This document shows positions 41,116 through 54,593 of a DNA stretch of 64,000 nucleotides, in pieces. The stretch's first letter is position 1. Every line of letters begins with the position of its first letter. The translations under genes were made by a program, and so were the position numbers. Source of the stretch: an uncultured Gemmatimonadaceae bacterium (GTDB lineage Bacteria > Gemmatimonadota > Gemmatimonadetes > Gemmatimonadales > Gemmatimonadaceae); NCBI GenBank assembly GCA_963843845.1, contig CAWJMB010000002.1, forward strand, positions 3,328,001 through 3,392,000. Direction: 5' to 3'. The notes beneath the pieces were generated by a model, which made no database searches, was not told the origin of the DNA, and saw only the letters and a program-made list of their open reading frames with translations.

Positions 41116-42731
41116 TTGATGATCTCCTCGATGAGCTTGAGCGCGCGCGGGTCCTTCGAGCGGGCGACCCAGAACAGCGCGTCCTTGCGGATCTCGACGT
41201 CCTTCTCGGCGCGTGCGATGTCGAGCAGCTTCTCGAACGCCGGACCGCTGCCGCGCTGCTGGTAGACGAAGACGAGCTGCTTCTTCATCTCCTGATCGGT
41301 CGCCCGATCGTAGAGCGCGACGAGCTGCTCGACGTTCGCGCCTCCCTGCCCCGCGTAGAACAGCGCCTGCTTGCGCAGCTCGGTCGACTCCCTGGTGTCC
41401 TGCGCGAGGTCGAGCAGCCAGCTCGCGTTGCCGCGGCGGCGCGAGACGGCGAACAGCACCTTGTCTTTCAGGTCGCGGTTCGTGAGGCGACCGTACAGCG
41501 TGCGCAGATACTCCGTGTCCTCTGCGCTTCCGCGCTGGCCCAACCAGAAGATCGCCTCCGCGCGCACGTCGGGGTTCGCGTCGTTCGACGCGGCGATCTG
41601 GCGCAGCGTCTCGCGGCCGCTCGCGCTGCCGCTCTGCGAGAGCGAGAACACGGCCTGCTTCTGCAAGTCCACGTCGCCCGACTTCAGCGCCACGTCGCGC
41701 AGGATCTCCTGCGCCCGCGCTCCATCGACGCGGCCGAGCCAGAACAGCGACTCCTTCCGGACGTCCTCGTCGGGGTCGTTGCGCGCGGCGTCGACGAGCA
41801 GCTCGGTCGACTCGGCGACGCGCTTCTGCGCGATGAGGAAGACGGCCTTCCTGCGCAGCACTTCGGCGCACCGTTCGCGGCTCGCCATCACCTTCCGGAG
41901 CAGCGGCATCGCGCGCTCGGCGTCCATCTGCATGAGCGCGTTCAGCGCGACGACCTTCACGTCGTCGTCGCCGCCCTCGCACTCGCTCGACGTGCGCCCC
42001 CGGCCGCGACGGCTCGCCTCGCGGCTCGCGTCGCGCGCGGCGTCGCGCAGGTCGCCGCTCGCGCTGCGCATCGCGTCGGCCGCGGCGCGGGCACCGTCGC
42101 GCATCCCCTCGCGCGCCGCGTTCGCCGCCTCGAGCAGCGCGGCACGGACCTCCGGGTCGTTCATCGCGTCCGCCGCCGCCCGCGCGCCGAGGCGCCCCGC
42201 GTCGGAGGCGAGCGCGGTCGCGGCGCGGACGGCTTCGCCGATGATCGCGCCGAAGCTCCCGCTGTCGGCGCGCTGCTCGACGGTGGCCGCGCACTGCGCG
42301 TCGCCGCGGCGAGCCAGCTCGCCGCAGATGCGTGTGTCGAGCGCCGCGGCGTCGCCGCGGAACGCGTCCTTGCCCGAGTCGCGGAGGGTCCGCAGCGACG
42401 TGCGCGCGCGGCGCAGATCGCTCGTGCTGCCGGACTGGTAGAGCGAGAACGCGCGCCAGTAGAAGGCGTTCGACGCCTGCGTCGACGACGGATAGCGCGC
42501 GCCGACGCGCTCGAACAGCTCGGCCGCCTGGCGATAGTCGCCGCGCGACATCGCATCGCGGCCGGCACGGTAGAGAATGTCGGCGGAGTCCTGCCGTGCG
42601 ACCGGACGGGGCGCGACCGCGCGCGGGACCACGCGCCGCGACGCGACGGTGCCCGACGGGGCGCGCGGCGCCGACGCCGGTGCTTCGGCGACGAGCAGCG
42701 CCGCGGCGAGCAGGTGAGTGAGGAACAGCAT
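41112..42731 (-). CDS. exported TPR/BamD-like + HEAT-repeat protein
   Basis: Signal peptide; LYRAGRDAMSRGDYRQAAELF..YPSS..AFYWRAFSLY (TPR); about 8 repeats of the RKESLFWLG/KQAVFSLSQ type. Confidence 0.88.
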   Translation of the reverse strand: MLFLTHLLAAALLVAEAPASAPRAPSGTVASRRVVPRAVAPRPVARQDSADILYRAGRDAMSRGDYRQAAELFERVGARYPSSTQASNAFYWRAFSLYQSGSTSDLRRARTSLRTLRDSGKDAFRGDAAALDTRICGELARRGDAQCAATVEQRADSGSFGAIIGEAVRAATALASDAGRLGARAAADAMNDPEVRAALLEAANAAREGMRDGARAAADAMRSASGDLRDAARDASREASRRGRGRTSSECEGGDDDVKVVALNALMQMDAERAMPLLRKVMASRERCAEVLRRKAVFLIAQKRVAESTELLVDAARNDPDEDVRKESLFWLGRVDGARAQEILRDVALKSGDVDLQKQAVFSLSQSGSASGRETLRQIAASNDANPDVRAEAIFWLGQRGSAEDTEYLRTLYGRLTNRDLKDKVLFAVSRRRGNASWLLDLAQDTRESTELRKQALFYAGQGGANVEQLVALYDRATDQEMKKQLVFVYQQRGSGPAFEKLLDIARAEKDVEIRKDALFWVARSKDPRALKLIEEIIK

Positions 42732-42761
42732 GGGCTATGGTCTCCGAAGGTGAAGAACGCG

Positions 42762-43726
42762 TCAGTCGGTCGTGCCGGCGGGGAGCATCGTGCGGATGCG
42801 AGGCAGGAGCTGCCCGCGTCGGAGCGCACCGTCGATGAACTGCCGCTCGGTGCGGTCCGCCTGCGTCGCGGACGCCGAGCTGTCAGCGCGCGACGGGGCG
42901 AGGCGGGCCATCTGCGCGAGCACGAACTCGAGGTCCTCGAGCAGCTGCCGCCGCCGCGGGTCGGACGCCGCCGGCGAGTCGAGCAGCAGCCGCGTGTCGC
43001 CGAGCAGCGGGCGCGCCCAGGCGGCGACGGCGCGGTCGGTCTGCACGTCGGCCGAGTCGGCGCGGTACGAGATGAGGAGCGCCTCGACCTTCACGGCGTG
43101 CTGCCGGAGCGCGACGTCGTAGAGATCGGCGGGTCCCGACGCGCGCTCCCCGGCGCGCCCGCGCGCCACGGCGACCGGCGCGCGGCCGGCGGTCATGGCG
43201 CGTGACGTGGGCGCTCCGCGAGCCCGGAGGCACCGCGTCGGCGCGCGGCGTCAGCCTCCGCGAGCGGCGCCGCCAGCACCGTGGGCGCGACGGGCACGTC
43301 GGGCGCGACGGACACGTCGGACGACGGCGCTGTGTTCGCCGCCGCCGTCTGCGGTCCGGCGACCGGCGCCGGCGCGTTCGGGCGCGCGACGCTCCACCAG
43401 CGGCCGATCCCCACGCCGGTCGTGAGGAAGATCGCGGCCGCCGCGGCGAGCCGCCACGCGCCGCGCCGGCGTGCCCGCTCCGCGTCGAGCGCGACGACGC
43501 GTGTCCCGATCGACGCCGCCGCGTGCGGCACCGCCGCGTGCGGCACCGCCGCGTGCGGCACCACGGGTGCGCCCGCCGGCCGTGCGGCGACGATCGCTGC
43601 CCACATCGCCTCGCGCGGCACGCCCGGCGGCGGGGTGTGGTAGTCGCGCGCCGCCTCGGCGATCAGGCGGTCGAGCGCGTCGGGCTCGCGATACTCGCCC
43701 GCGGAACGGTCGTCGTGCTCGGTCAT
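42762..43726 (-). CDS. putative single-TM anti-sigma factor (frame break near 43195-43260)
   Basis: ATG overlaps the ECF stop; YHTPPPGVPREAMWAAI, TM WRLAAAAAIFLTTGVGIGRWW, Pro/Ala linker, helical C-domain LLGDTRLLLDSP..LLEDLEFVLAQM in a second frame. Confidence 0.7.
43517..43561. repeat. 3 x 15-bp perfect tandem repeat (VPHAA) in the anti-sigma gene
   Basis: cgccgcgtgcggcac x3. Confidence 0.9.
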
Positions 43727-44265
43727 GACACCCACTCTCCTGCGAAGTCGGCGAGCGCGACGCGAAGCTTCGCTCTCGCCCGGAACAGCTGCGCCTTCGA
43801 CGTCCCGGGCTGGATGCCCAACGTCCTGGCGATCTCCTCGTGCGTGTACCCTTCCACGTCGTGCATCACGAACACGGTGCGGTAGCCGTCCGGCAGCGCG
43901 TCGACCGCCTCCGCGAGCCGCTGCTTGAGGTCCGGCTCGGCCTGCCGCACCGAGACGCCGATCGTGAGCGCCTCGTCGAGCGTCGTCTCGCGCGCACGCC
44001 ACCGCTTCACCTTGCGCAGCCCGTTCAGCGCGACCGAGACGCCGATCGTGTGCAGCCACGTCCCGAACGCCGAGTCGCCACGGAAGCTCGCCAACCGGTC
44101 GAAGGCGCGCACGAACGTCTCCTGCGTGAAGTCGCGCGCCAGCTCCTCGTCGCCGGCCAGGCGGTAGGCCAGGCGGTAGACGCGGTCGACGTGCTGGTCG
44201 TAGAGCGCCCGCTGGGCCAGCAGATCGCCGGCGACGGCTTGCGCGATGAGCGTGGAGTCGGGCAC
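43723..44265 (-). CDS. ECF RNA polymerase sigma factor
   Basis: Region 2 ARDFTQETFVRAF..FRGDSAFGTWLHTI; region 4 LPDGYRTVFVMHDVEGYTHEEIARTLGIQPGTSKAQLFRAR. Confidence 0.95.
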   Translation of the reverse strand: MPDSTLIAQAVAGDLLAQRALYDQHVDRVYRLAYRLAGDEELARDFTQETFVRAFDRLASFRGDSAFGTWLHTIGVSVALNGLRKVKRWRARETTLDEALTIGVSVRQAEPDLKQRLAEAVDALPDGYRTVFVMHDVEGYTHEEIARTLGIQPGTSKAQLFRARAKLRVALADFAGEWVS

Positions 44266-44288
44266 GCGGCGGTGTAAGTGGACGGCTC

Positions 44289-44317
44289 TCTGACACGAGG
44301 GCCGCGGAAACGGTTGC
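44289..44317 (-). promoter_or_regulatory. putative autoregulatory ECF promoter (copy 2)
   Basis: Minus strand GCAACC-gtttccgcggccctcgt(17)-GTCAGA, 23 nt before the sigma start. Confidence 0.7.
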
Positions 44318-44363
44318 GCGGGCGGCGACACCATTCCGCCGCCACGCCGCCGCGACGCCGCCG

Positions 44364-44999
44364 CTACGCCCGGATCGCCACCCGCCGCTCGAACGCGGCG
44401 AACGTGTCGAGGGCACCGCGTACGATCTCGCCGTCTGGCGTCGCGGCCTCGGGGTGCGACGCGGCGAATCGCGCGGCCGACGCGAGGAACGCCTTCCACA
44501 TCGCGCCGGTCCGGTCCCCGTAGCTCGCGAGATACGCGGCGCCGTTCGCCTCGCTCAGCCCGAGCGACGTCGCGAGCTGGCGCCGGATGACCTGGCCGCC
44601 GAGCGTCGCGCCTTCCATGACGTAGAGCGCACCGAACGCGCGAGCGAGCGTCGACGGGAGCGCGGCGACCTCCTCGCCGGCGGCGCCGGCGGCGCCGGGG
44701 GCGTCGGGGGCGTCGGCGTCGGGGGCGTCCGCGCCCCACGCGTCGCCGCCGAGCGCGGCGAGGTCGCGGTCGAGCAGACCGAGCTTCGACCGCGCCGCGA
44801 GGTCCACGCCGAGCGCGGCGAGCGGCGACGACCAGCGCCCGAGCGCCGGCTCGAGCGCGGCGTGGAATGCGCGCGTGCGGCGGAGGACCGCGGCGTAGCC
44901 GTCGCGCGTGAGCGCCGGGTCGACATAGGGCATCTGCGCGTCGAGCCGCGCGTGGGCGTCGGCCGTCGCGGCGCGGAGCAGCGCGTGGATGGGGAGCAT
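44364..44999 (-). CDS. bphO: biliverdin-producing heme oxygenase
   Basis: LRAATADAHARLD (proximal His), GALYVMEGATLGGQVI, YGDRTGAMWKAF; adjacent to the phytochrome. Confidence 0.92.
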   Translation of the reverse strand: MLPIHALLRAATADAHARLDAQMPYVDPALTRDGYAAVLRRTRAFHAALEPALGRWSSPLAALGVDLAARSKLGLLDRDLAALGGDAWGADAPDADAPDAPGAAGAAGEEVAALPSTLARAFGALYVMEGATLGGQVIRRQLATSLGLSEANGAAYLASYGDRTGAMWKAFLASAARFAASHPEAATPDGEIVRGALDTFAAFERRVAIRA

Positions 45000-45019
45000 C
45001 TGCCGCCGCGACCGGAGCG

Positions 45020-47490
<2,471 letters not shown>

Positions 47491-47494
<4 letters not shown>

Positions 47495-49083
47495 CGAAGC
47501 ACGAACCCCGGATCGATCTCCGGACGCCGCGCCGAGTTCCCGACCAACCATCCCGTCATGTACATCCACTGCGTCATCCGCGTCAGCTTCGTGTAGTCGA
47601 TTCGCGACGGCTCGTCGCGCGGCGTGTGATAGTCGTCGTGCAGGTTCGTCGAGAAAAATAGCGACGGCACGCGGCGCTCGGCGTAGGGCACGTGGTCGCT
47701 GCGGAAGTACCACCCTTCGGGGTGCGAGGGCCGGTCCCACGACGAGTCGACGACGAACTTGCTCACCGCGCGGTTCGCCGCCAGCGCGACGTCGACGAGC
47801 TGCGACGAGTTGCGGTGCGGCGGCTGGCTGCCTAACAGCGCCGCGGTGTCGGGGTGGTTGCGGCCGATCATGTCGCCGTTGATCACGGCGGCCATCCTGT
47901 CGAGCGGCACGACCGGGTGGGCGACGTGGTAGCGCGAGCCCAACAGCCCGCGCTCCTCCGCGCCGTGAAAGATGAACAGCGCCGAGCGCCGGCTCGGCTG
48001 CTTCACCCAGGCGCGGGCGATCGCGAGCAGCGCGACGCTCGTCGTGCCGTTGTCGTCGGCGCCGTTCCAGATCGAGTCGCCGGCGACGGCGTAGCGCCCG
48101 CCGTCGTGGTCCTGGTGCGAGCTGAAGACGACGTACTCGTCGCGCAGCGCCGGATCGGTGCCGCGCACGACGCCGATCACGTTCACCGACGGCGTCTCGA
48201 ACGTCTCGCTGCGGATCGCGATCTCGGCCGGCTGGCCGTCGGCGCGGAGCGAGGCGAGCGCGGCGCGGTGCACGAGGAGGATCGGCGTGCCGGCCGGCGC
48301 CGGCGCTGCGGTGCGCGCCGTCGTCGCGGTCGGCGCCGCGGCGTTCGCGCCCGCCGCCGCGCGCGAGAAGCGCGGAACGCCGCCGATCACGTCGTACGTA
48401 CCGCGGATCTGGGTCTGCGCGACGCCGTCGAACGCGATCTCGGCGATCGAGTCGGCGACGACGAGCACGGCCGCGGCGCCGCGCCGGACGAGCCCGTTCG
48501 CCGTCGTCGTGAGCGCGGCACGCGTGTAGTTGACCTCGCGCGTGTTCGTCGTCGAGCGCACGAGCGCGGCCGGCGGCGTGGCGAGCGGCGTGACGACGAC
48601 GCGCCCGCGCACGTCGACCGTCGTGTCGCGCGCGTCGGCGACGAAGAGCGTCGTGCCGCGCACCGATGCGGCGGCGTTCGTCGTCGGCGCGGCGTCCGTC
48701 CACAGCGCCATCGGCCGACCGCCGACCGTCACGGAGCTGTTCGGCGTCGAGATGCGGGTGCGGCGCATGTTCCACCACTGATACCAGCTCCCGTCCTCCC
48801 CCATGGGGCGGAGGCCGATCGCCCGCATCTCGTCGGCGAGCCACGCCGAGGCGCGCATCTCGTCGATGGTGCCCGCCTCGCGCCCGCGCATCGCGTCGCC
48901 GGCGAGCGCGTAGAGATCGCGCTCGAGGTCGGCCTTGCGGATCTCGCTCATCGCGGCGGGGGGTCGAGCGGGTTGCGCGACGAGCGGTGCCGCGGCGAGG
49001 GGTGCCGCGGCGACGAGCAGCGTCGCGGCGGCGCGCGTGGCGCGCGTGGCGCGCGTGGTGAGCAGGGGGTGACGACTCGGCAT
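47491..49083 (-). CDS. exported M28 family metallopeptidase
   Basis: Signal peptide; SHQDH, NGADDNGT, GAEERGLLGS, INGDMIGR, RSDH, DYHTPRD. Confidence 0.93.
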
Positions 49084-49168
49084 GATGGTTGGAGCGAAAT
49101 GGGGCATTACGATCATGAACGGACGATGACCTCGACACGACAGACCTTCCCGACCGACACGACGCACC

Positions 49169-51010
49169 GTGCCTAGCCCGATCGAACATTACGCCCTCGT
49201 CGGCGACTGCGAGACCGCTGCCCTCGTCGCCCGCGACGGCTCGATCGACTGGCTCTGCTGGCCACGCTTCGACTCCCCCGCCTGCTTCGCCGCGCTCCTC
49301 GGCGCGCCGGAGCACGGGCGCTGGCGCGTCGCGCCGGTCGGCGAGACGACGACGGTGAGCCGCCGCTACCGCGACGAGACCCTGATTCTCGAGACGACGT
49401 TCGAGACCGAGCAGGGCGCCGTGACGGTGATCGACTTCATGCCGCCGCGCACCGCGCAGTCCGACCTCGTGCGCATCGTCGTCGGCGTGCGCGGCAGCGT
49501 GGACGTGCGCACGGAGCTCGTCATCCGCCCCGAGTACGGGTCGGCAGTGCCGTGGGTCACGCGGCTGGACGACGGCACGAGCCACGGCGTGCTGCGCGCG
49601 ATCGCCGGCCCCGCCATGCTCACGCTGCGCACCGACGTCGCGCTGCACGGCGAATCGATGACGACCGTCGGCGACATCACGGTGCGCGAAGGCGACGCGC
49701 ACTGGTTCGTGCTCACGCACTCGCCCTCGCACCTCCCCCTGCCCGAGGTGATCGATCCTCACCAGGCACTCGTCGACACCGAGGCGTTCTGGCGCGAGTG
49801 GACCGGCCGCTGCACGTACACCGGGCCGTGGCGCGACGCGGTCGTACGCTCGCTCATCACGCTGAAAGGGCTCACCTACCGCCCGACCGGCGGCGTCGTC
49901 GCCGCGCCGACGACGTCGCTTCCCGAGCAGTTGGGCGGCACGCGCAACTGGGACTACCGCTACTGCTGGCTGCGCGACGCGACGCTCACGCTGCTCGCGC
50001 TCATGGACGCCGGCTACTACGAGGAGGCAGGCGCGTGGCGCGACTGGCTCCTGCGCGCCGCGGCCGGGAGCCCCTCGCAGCTGCAGATCATGTACGGCAT
50101 CGCCGGCGAGCGGAACCTGGTCGAGTGGACGGTGCCCTGGCTCCCCGGCTACGAGGGTGCCGCGCCGGTCCGCATCGGCAACGCCGCCCACGCGCAGACG
50201 CAGCTCGACGTCTATGGCGAGGTGCTCGAGGCGCTCTACCTCGCGCGCCAGGGCGGGCTCCCGGCGAGCGCCGAGAGCTGGCAGCTCGAGAAAGCGCTCG
50301 TCGACTACGTATCGAGGATCTGGGACCGCCCCGACGAAGGGATCTGGGAGGTGCGCGGCGGCCCGCAGCACTTCGTGCATTCCAAGGTGATGGCGTGGGT
50401 CGCCGTCGACCGCGCGATCCGCAGCGCCGAGGAGTTCTCGCTCGCGGCGCCGCTCGACGACTGGCGGACGCTCCGCGCGACGATTCACGCCGACGTCTGC
50501 GCGCGCGGCTTCGACGCGTCGTCAGGCAGCTTCGTGCAGGCGTACGGCTCCACGCAGCTCGACGCGAGCCTGCTGCTCATCCCGACGGTCGGGTTCCTGC
50601 CGCACCACGACCCGCGCGTGCTCGGCACGATCGCCGCGATCGAGCGGCACCTCGTCGTCGACGGCTTCGTGCTGCGCTACGACTCGTCCCGGACGGCCGA
50701 CGGACTGCCGCCCGGCGAGGGGGCGTTCCTCGCCTGTAGCTTCTGGCTCGCCGACAACTACGCACTGTGCGGACGGCACGAGGAGGCGCGCGCCCTGTTC
50801 GAGCGGCTGCTCGCGCTGCGCAACGACGTCGGGCTGCTCGCCGAAGAGTTCGATTCGCACGCCGGGCGGCTCGTCGGCAACTTTCCGCAGGCATTCTCGC
50901 ACCTGTCGCTCATCGGGACGGCGATGAACCTGAGCCATCCGGGCGACGCGCAGACCGCGCCGGCGGTGCAGCGCTCGACGGCCGACATGAGCGCGACGCC
51001 GGAGCGGTAG
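49169..51010 (+). CDS. glycoside hydrolase family 15 (trehalase/glucoamylase-like)
   Basis: [62 protein letters not shown]. Confidence 0.95.
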   Translation: MPSPIEHYALVGDCETAALVARDGSIDWLCWPRFDSPACFAALLGAPEHGRWRVAPVGETTTVSRRYRDETLILETTFETEQGAVTVIDFMPPRTAQSDLVRIVVGVRGSVDVRTELVIRPEYGSAVPWVTRLDDGTSHGVLRAIAGPAMLTLRTDVALHGESMTTVGDITVREGDAHWFVLTHSPSHLPLPEVIDPHQALVDTEAFWREWTGRCTYTGPWRDAVVRSLITLKGLTYRPTGGVVAAPTTSLPEQLGGTRNWDYRYCWLRDATLTLLALMDAGYYEEAGAWRDWLLRAAAGSPSQLQIMYGIAGERNLVEWTVPWLPGYEGAAPVRIGNAAHAQTQLDVYGEVLEALYLARQGGLPASAESWQLEKALVDYVSRIWDRPDEGIWEVRGGPQHFVHSKVMAWVAVDRAIRSAEEFSLAAPLDDWRTLRATIHADVCARGFDASSGSFVQAYGSTQLDASLLLIPTVGFLPHHDPRVLGTIAAIERHLVVDGFVLRYDSSRTADGLPPGEGAFLACSFWLADNYALCGRHEEARALFERLLALRNDVGLLAEEFDSHAGRLVGNFPQAFSHLSLIGTAMNLSHPGDAQTAPAVQRSTADMSATPER

Positions 51011-51024
51011 CCGCTCGCCAGGCG

Positions 51025-51898
51025 TCACGCCATGCCGCTCAGCGCCGCGAACTGCTCGTCGTCGAGCCGCAACGCCGCCGCGCCGACGTTCTCCTCCAGG
51101 TGCGCCACGCGCGACGTGCCCGGAATCGGCAGCATCACCGGCGAGCGCTGCAGCAGCCACGCGAGCGCGACCTGCGCCGGCCGCGCGCCGACCGCACTCG
51201 GCGATCTGCGTCAGCGTGCTCCCCTCGGTCGCGAGCCGGCCGGTGAGCAGCGGGTACCACGGAATGAAGCCGATCCCCTCGCGCTCGCAGTAGGTCAGCA
51301 CCTCCTCCGACTGCCGCTCGGCGAGGTTGTAGCGGTTCTGCACGGTCGCGACCGACACGACCTGGCGCGCCGCCTCGATGTCGCGCACCGAGACCTCGCT
51401 CAGGCCGACGTGGCGCACCTTTCCCTCGCGCACGAGCTCGGCGAGCGTGCCGAACTGCTCGTCGGCCGGCACCTTGGTGTCGACGCGATGAAGCTGGAAC
51501 AGGTCGATGCGATCGACCTTGAGGCGGCGCAGACTGCCGTCGCACTCGCTGCGCAGATGCTCGGGGCGCCCGTTCGGGACCCAGGTGCCCGGCCCCGGCC
51601 GCTCGAAGCCCGCCTTCGTCGCGATCACCATCCCGTCGGGATACGGGTGCAGCGCCTCGGCGATGAGCGACTCGTTGACGTGCGGGCCGTACGAGTTCGC
51701 CGTGTCGATGAAGTTCACGCCGAGCTCGGGCACGCGGCGCAGCACGCGGCGCGCCTCGGCGGGGTCGGCCGGCATCCCCCAGACGCCGGCCCCCGTGAGC
51801 TGCATCGCGCCGTAACCGAGTCGGTGGATCGGGAGGTCGCCGCCGATGGAGAACGCGCCGCCGGCGGCGGCCTTCGGAGTCGTGTTCGTGGTCGTCAT
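51025..51898 (-). CDS. aldo/keto reductase; frameshift near 51195
   Basis: [42 protein letters not shown]; then [21 protein letters not shown] in another frame. Confidence 0.92.
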
Positions 51899-51947
51899 GC
51901 GGCGGAGTGCGGGCAAGGCGCGTTCCCCGCGCGCTACATTTCGCGCC

Positions 51948-52748
51948 ATGCCGACTTCGCTTCGCATCGCACTCGTGCAACTGGCCGTCGTCGACGGCGA
52001 CCCCACGCGCAACGTCGCGCGCGCCGACGCGCTCGTCGCCGACGCGCCCGACGCCGACCTGTACCTGCTCCCCGAGCTGTGGACGACCGGCTACGCGCAC
52101 GCCGCGTGGCGCGACGCGGCGCAGGCGCACACGCCGCACGCGGTGGCGTGGATGCAGCGCATCGCGCGGACACGCGACGCGTGGGTCGGCGGCAGCATCA
52201 TCAGCGAGCGCACCGACGGCGGGCTCGCGAACCGCTGCTGGATCGTCTCGCCCGACGAGGGAGAGCCGGTGTGCTACGACAAGGCGCACCTGTTCGCCCC
52301 GATGGCCGAGCCGGAGTATCTGACGGGCGGCGGCGCGCGCGTGCGGACGCGCATCGGTCGCGACGATGCCGCGGTCGACGCCGCGTTCAGCATCTGCTAC
52401 GACCTGCGCTTCCCCGAGCAGTACCGCCAGGACGCGCTCGACGGCGCCGAGCTGTTCGTCGTGCCGTCGGAGTGGCCGCACCCGCGGAGCGACGCGCTGC
52501 GGCTGTTCGTGCGGGCGCGCGCCGCGGAGAACCAGGCGTACCTCGCGCTCTGCAACCGCACGGGTCCGGCGGACGACGGCACCGTCTTCTGCGGCGGCTC
52601 GTGCATCGTCGCGCCGACCGGCGACGTCGTCGTCGACGCCGGTGAGCACGAGGGCGTCGTCGTCGGCGAGATCGATCGCGCGTTCATGGCGCGCGTGCGC
52701 GCCGATGCCTCGGTGCTCACGCGACGCGTCGCCGGCGTCGACTACTGA
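51948..52748 (+). CDS. nitrilase / carbon-nitrogen hydrolase family protein
   Basis: Catalytic triad in [16 protein letters not shown] and [17 protein letters not shown]. Confidence 0.93.
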   Translation: MPTSLRIALVQLAVVDGDPTRNVARADALVADAPDADLYLLPELWTTGYAHAAWRDAAQAHTPHAVAWMQRIARTRDAWVGGSIISERTDGGLANRCWIVSPDEGEPVCYDKAHLFAPMAEPEYLTGGGARVRTRIGRDDAAVDAAFSICYDLRFPEQYRQDALDGAELFVVPSEWPHPRSDALRLFVRARAAENQAYLALCNRTGPADDGTVFCGGSCIVAPTGDVVVDAGEHEGVVVGEIDRAFMARVRADASVLTRRVAGVDY

Positions 52749-52749
52749 C

Positions 52750-52794
52750 CCGACCGAGCCGACCGAGCCGACCGAGCCGACCGAGCCGACCGGG
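52750..52794. repeat. 5 x 9-bp tandem repeat ccgaccgag
   Basis: Four perfect copies and one variant directly after the nitrilase stop. Confidence 0.9.
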
Positions 52795-52880
52795 CCGCCG
52801 ACGCCCGGGAACGCTGCCAGAGGCGTCGGACCAGCTGCAGGCGGCGCGTCGCGTCGCCTCCTCTCTCCATCGCCCTGACC

Positions 52881-53692
52881 ATGTCATCGCTCGACGAGCC
52901 GCCCCCCGACCGTGGTCGCGCCCGCCCCCGCCATCACTGGGTCGTCCGCCTCACGCACTGGGTCGCGGCGATCGCGATCATGGTCATGGTCGACGTCGGG
53001 GCTGCGCATCTTCAACGCGTACCCGTCGTTCCACCGCAAGGGCGAGACGTTCTGCTGCTATCCGTTCGAGGGGACGGCGATTCCGGCGTGGCTCACCTTC
53101 GGCGGGTGGCTCGCCGGCGCGCGGCACTGGCACTTCGCGATGATGTGGGTGCTCGTCGCGAACGGGCTCGTCTACGTCGTGTTCGACTTCCTGCACGGCG
53201 AGTGGCGCGACCTCGTGCCGCGGCGCGGTGACGGCCGCGGCGCGCTCGAGATGGTGCGCTTCTACCTGTTCCTGCGGCGCGATCATCCGGTACAGGGCAA
53301 GCACAACACGCTGCAGAAGCTCGCCTACTTCGCGCTCCCCGTCGTGACGGCGCTCGTCGTGCTGTCGGGGCGTCGCGATCTGGAAGCCGGTCACGTTCGG
53401 GTGGCTGACGGCGCTGTTCGGCGGCTACGTCTGGGCGCGCTACTGGCACTTCGTCGGCATGGCGGTCGTCGTCGCGATCGCGGTCGGCCACGTGTTCATG
53501 GTGTTCGCGGTCGACCCGTACGCGCTCCGCTCGATGATGACCGGAGGCTACGACGAGTCGCTCTCGCCCGAGTCGCGGAACGCGCGGCCGTTCTACCACC
53601 TCCTCCCGAAGTGGCGCGGCGCCGGCGACCGCGCGCGGCGCGCCGCCGCGCGCGGTCCGGCCGCACACGATCCGGCCGGGGAGGCGCCGTGA
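52881..53692 (+). CDS. cytochrome b/b6-domain membrane protein (Ni/Fe-hydrogenase b-type family); two frameshifts
   Basis: HHWVVRLTHW, SGLRIFNA, GGWLAGARHWHF, KHNTLQKLAY, ARYWHF..GHVFMV. Confidence 0.85.
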
Positions 53693-54552
53693 CTCGCGAC
53701 CTGCTGCGCCACGCCGGGCGCCTCGTCGACGCCGCGGTCGCGCGCCTCGAGTCCGGCGATCCGATCGACACACTCGATCCGGTCGGCCTTCCGTCGGCAC
53801 GCTCGGGGCAGGCCGTCGACCGCCGCCGCTTCCTCGCGCGCGGCACCGCCTCACTCGCCGCGCTGCTCGCCGGCTCGGCGCTCGCGGCGTGCGACAGGCA
53901 GGGGCCCGCCGCCGCGCAGCGCCTGCTGCGCACGGCGGAACGCAAGAACGAGGCGGTCGAGCGGTGGATCTTCCGCCACAGCGCGCTCGACCGTCCGCCG
54001 CGCGGCGCGCGCGCCGCCGGAGCGAGCTTCCCGGCGTATCACGTCGCCCCGGCGATCCCGACGTGGGACGCGGCGGCGCGCGGCGAGTGGACGCTCGAGG
54101 TGTCGGGGCTCGTCCGACGTCCGCTGCGCTTCACGCTCGACGAGCTGCTCCGGCTGCCGCACATCCGACAACGCGTCGAGCACTTCTGCGTCGAGGGGTG
54201 GAGCGCCGTCGCGACGTTCACCGGCGTCCGCGTCGCCGACCTGCTGCGCATGGCAGGACCGCTCCCGCACGCGCAGTACGCCGACTTCCAGAGCTTCGAG
54301 CGCGATCCACAGGTCGCGCTCCCGTATCACGAGAGCTGGGACCTCGAGAGCGCGACGCACCCGCAGACGCTCGTCGTCTACGGCAAGGACGGGCAGTTCC
54401 TGTCGGCGGCGTACGGGGCGCCGGCGCGGGTGCACTCGCCGGTGAAGCTGGGCTACAAGAACACGAAGTACCTGACGCGCATCGAGCTCCGGGCCGAACG
54501 GAACGGGGGGTACTGGTCCGACCTGGGCTACGAGTGGTACGGCGGGACGTGA
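53689..54552 (+). CDS. molybdopterin-dependent oxidoreductase (sulfite-oxidase / MsrP-like family), probable Tat lipoprotein
   Basis: RRRFL..LAA-C signal; WTLEVSGLV, HFCVEGWS (Mo-ligating Cys), GAPARVHSPVKLGYKNTKYL, GGYWSDLGY. Confidence 0.9.
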   Translation: MTRDLLRHAGRLVDAAVARLESGDPIDTLDPVGLPSARSGQAVDRRRFLARGTASLAALLAGSALAACDRQGPAAAQRLLRTAERKNEAVERWIFRHSALDRPPRGARAAGASFPAYHVAPAIPTWDAAARGEWTLEVSGLVRRPLRFTLDELLRLPHIRQRVEHFCVEGWSAVATFTGVRVADLLRMAGPLPHAQYADFQSFERDPQVALPYHESWDLESATHPQTLVVYGKDGQFLSAAYGAPARVHSPVKLGYKNTKYLTRIELRAERNGGYWSDLGYEWYGGT

Positions 54553-54593
54553 GCTGACGGCTCGGCGACCTGCCCGAGCCCCGCCGTTCGGCG

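Noticed and set aside
42762..43196. Separate 144-aa gene after a short anti-sigma (ATGA overlap at 43193-43196)
   Set aside because: It has no signal peptide and reads like the extracytoplasmic C-domain of the anti-sigma, and frameshifts are common in this assembly. Not fully excluded without reads.
40276..44999. HEAT proteins acting as CpcE/F-like bilin lyases for the neighbouring phytochrome
   Set aside because: Both have signal peptides while BphP is cytoplasmic and self-ligates biliverdin. They follow a separate ECF-type promoter.
51913..51927. GG-N10-GC boxes before the aldo/keto reductase (GGGAACGCGCCTTGC) and before the RND gene
   Set aside because: Such matches arise easily by chance at this GC content, and no supporting enhancer or IHF-like site was seen.
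52750..52794. CRISPR-like array (also considered for 17271-17410 and 32521-32688)
   Set aside because: Units are 9-14 bp with no unique 25-45 bp spacers, and there are no cas genes.
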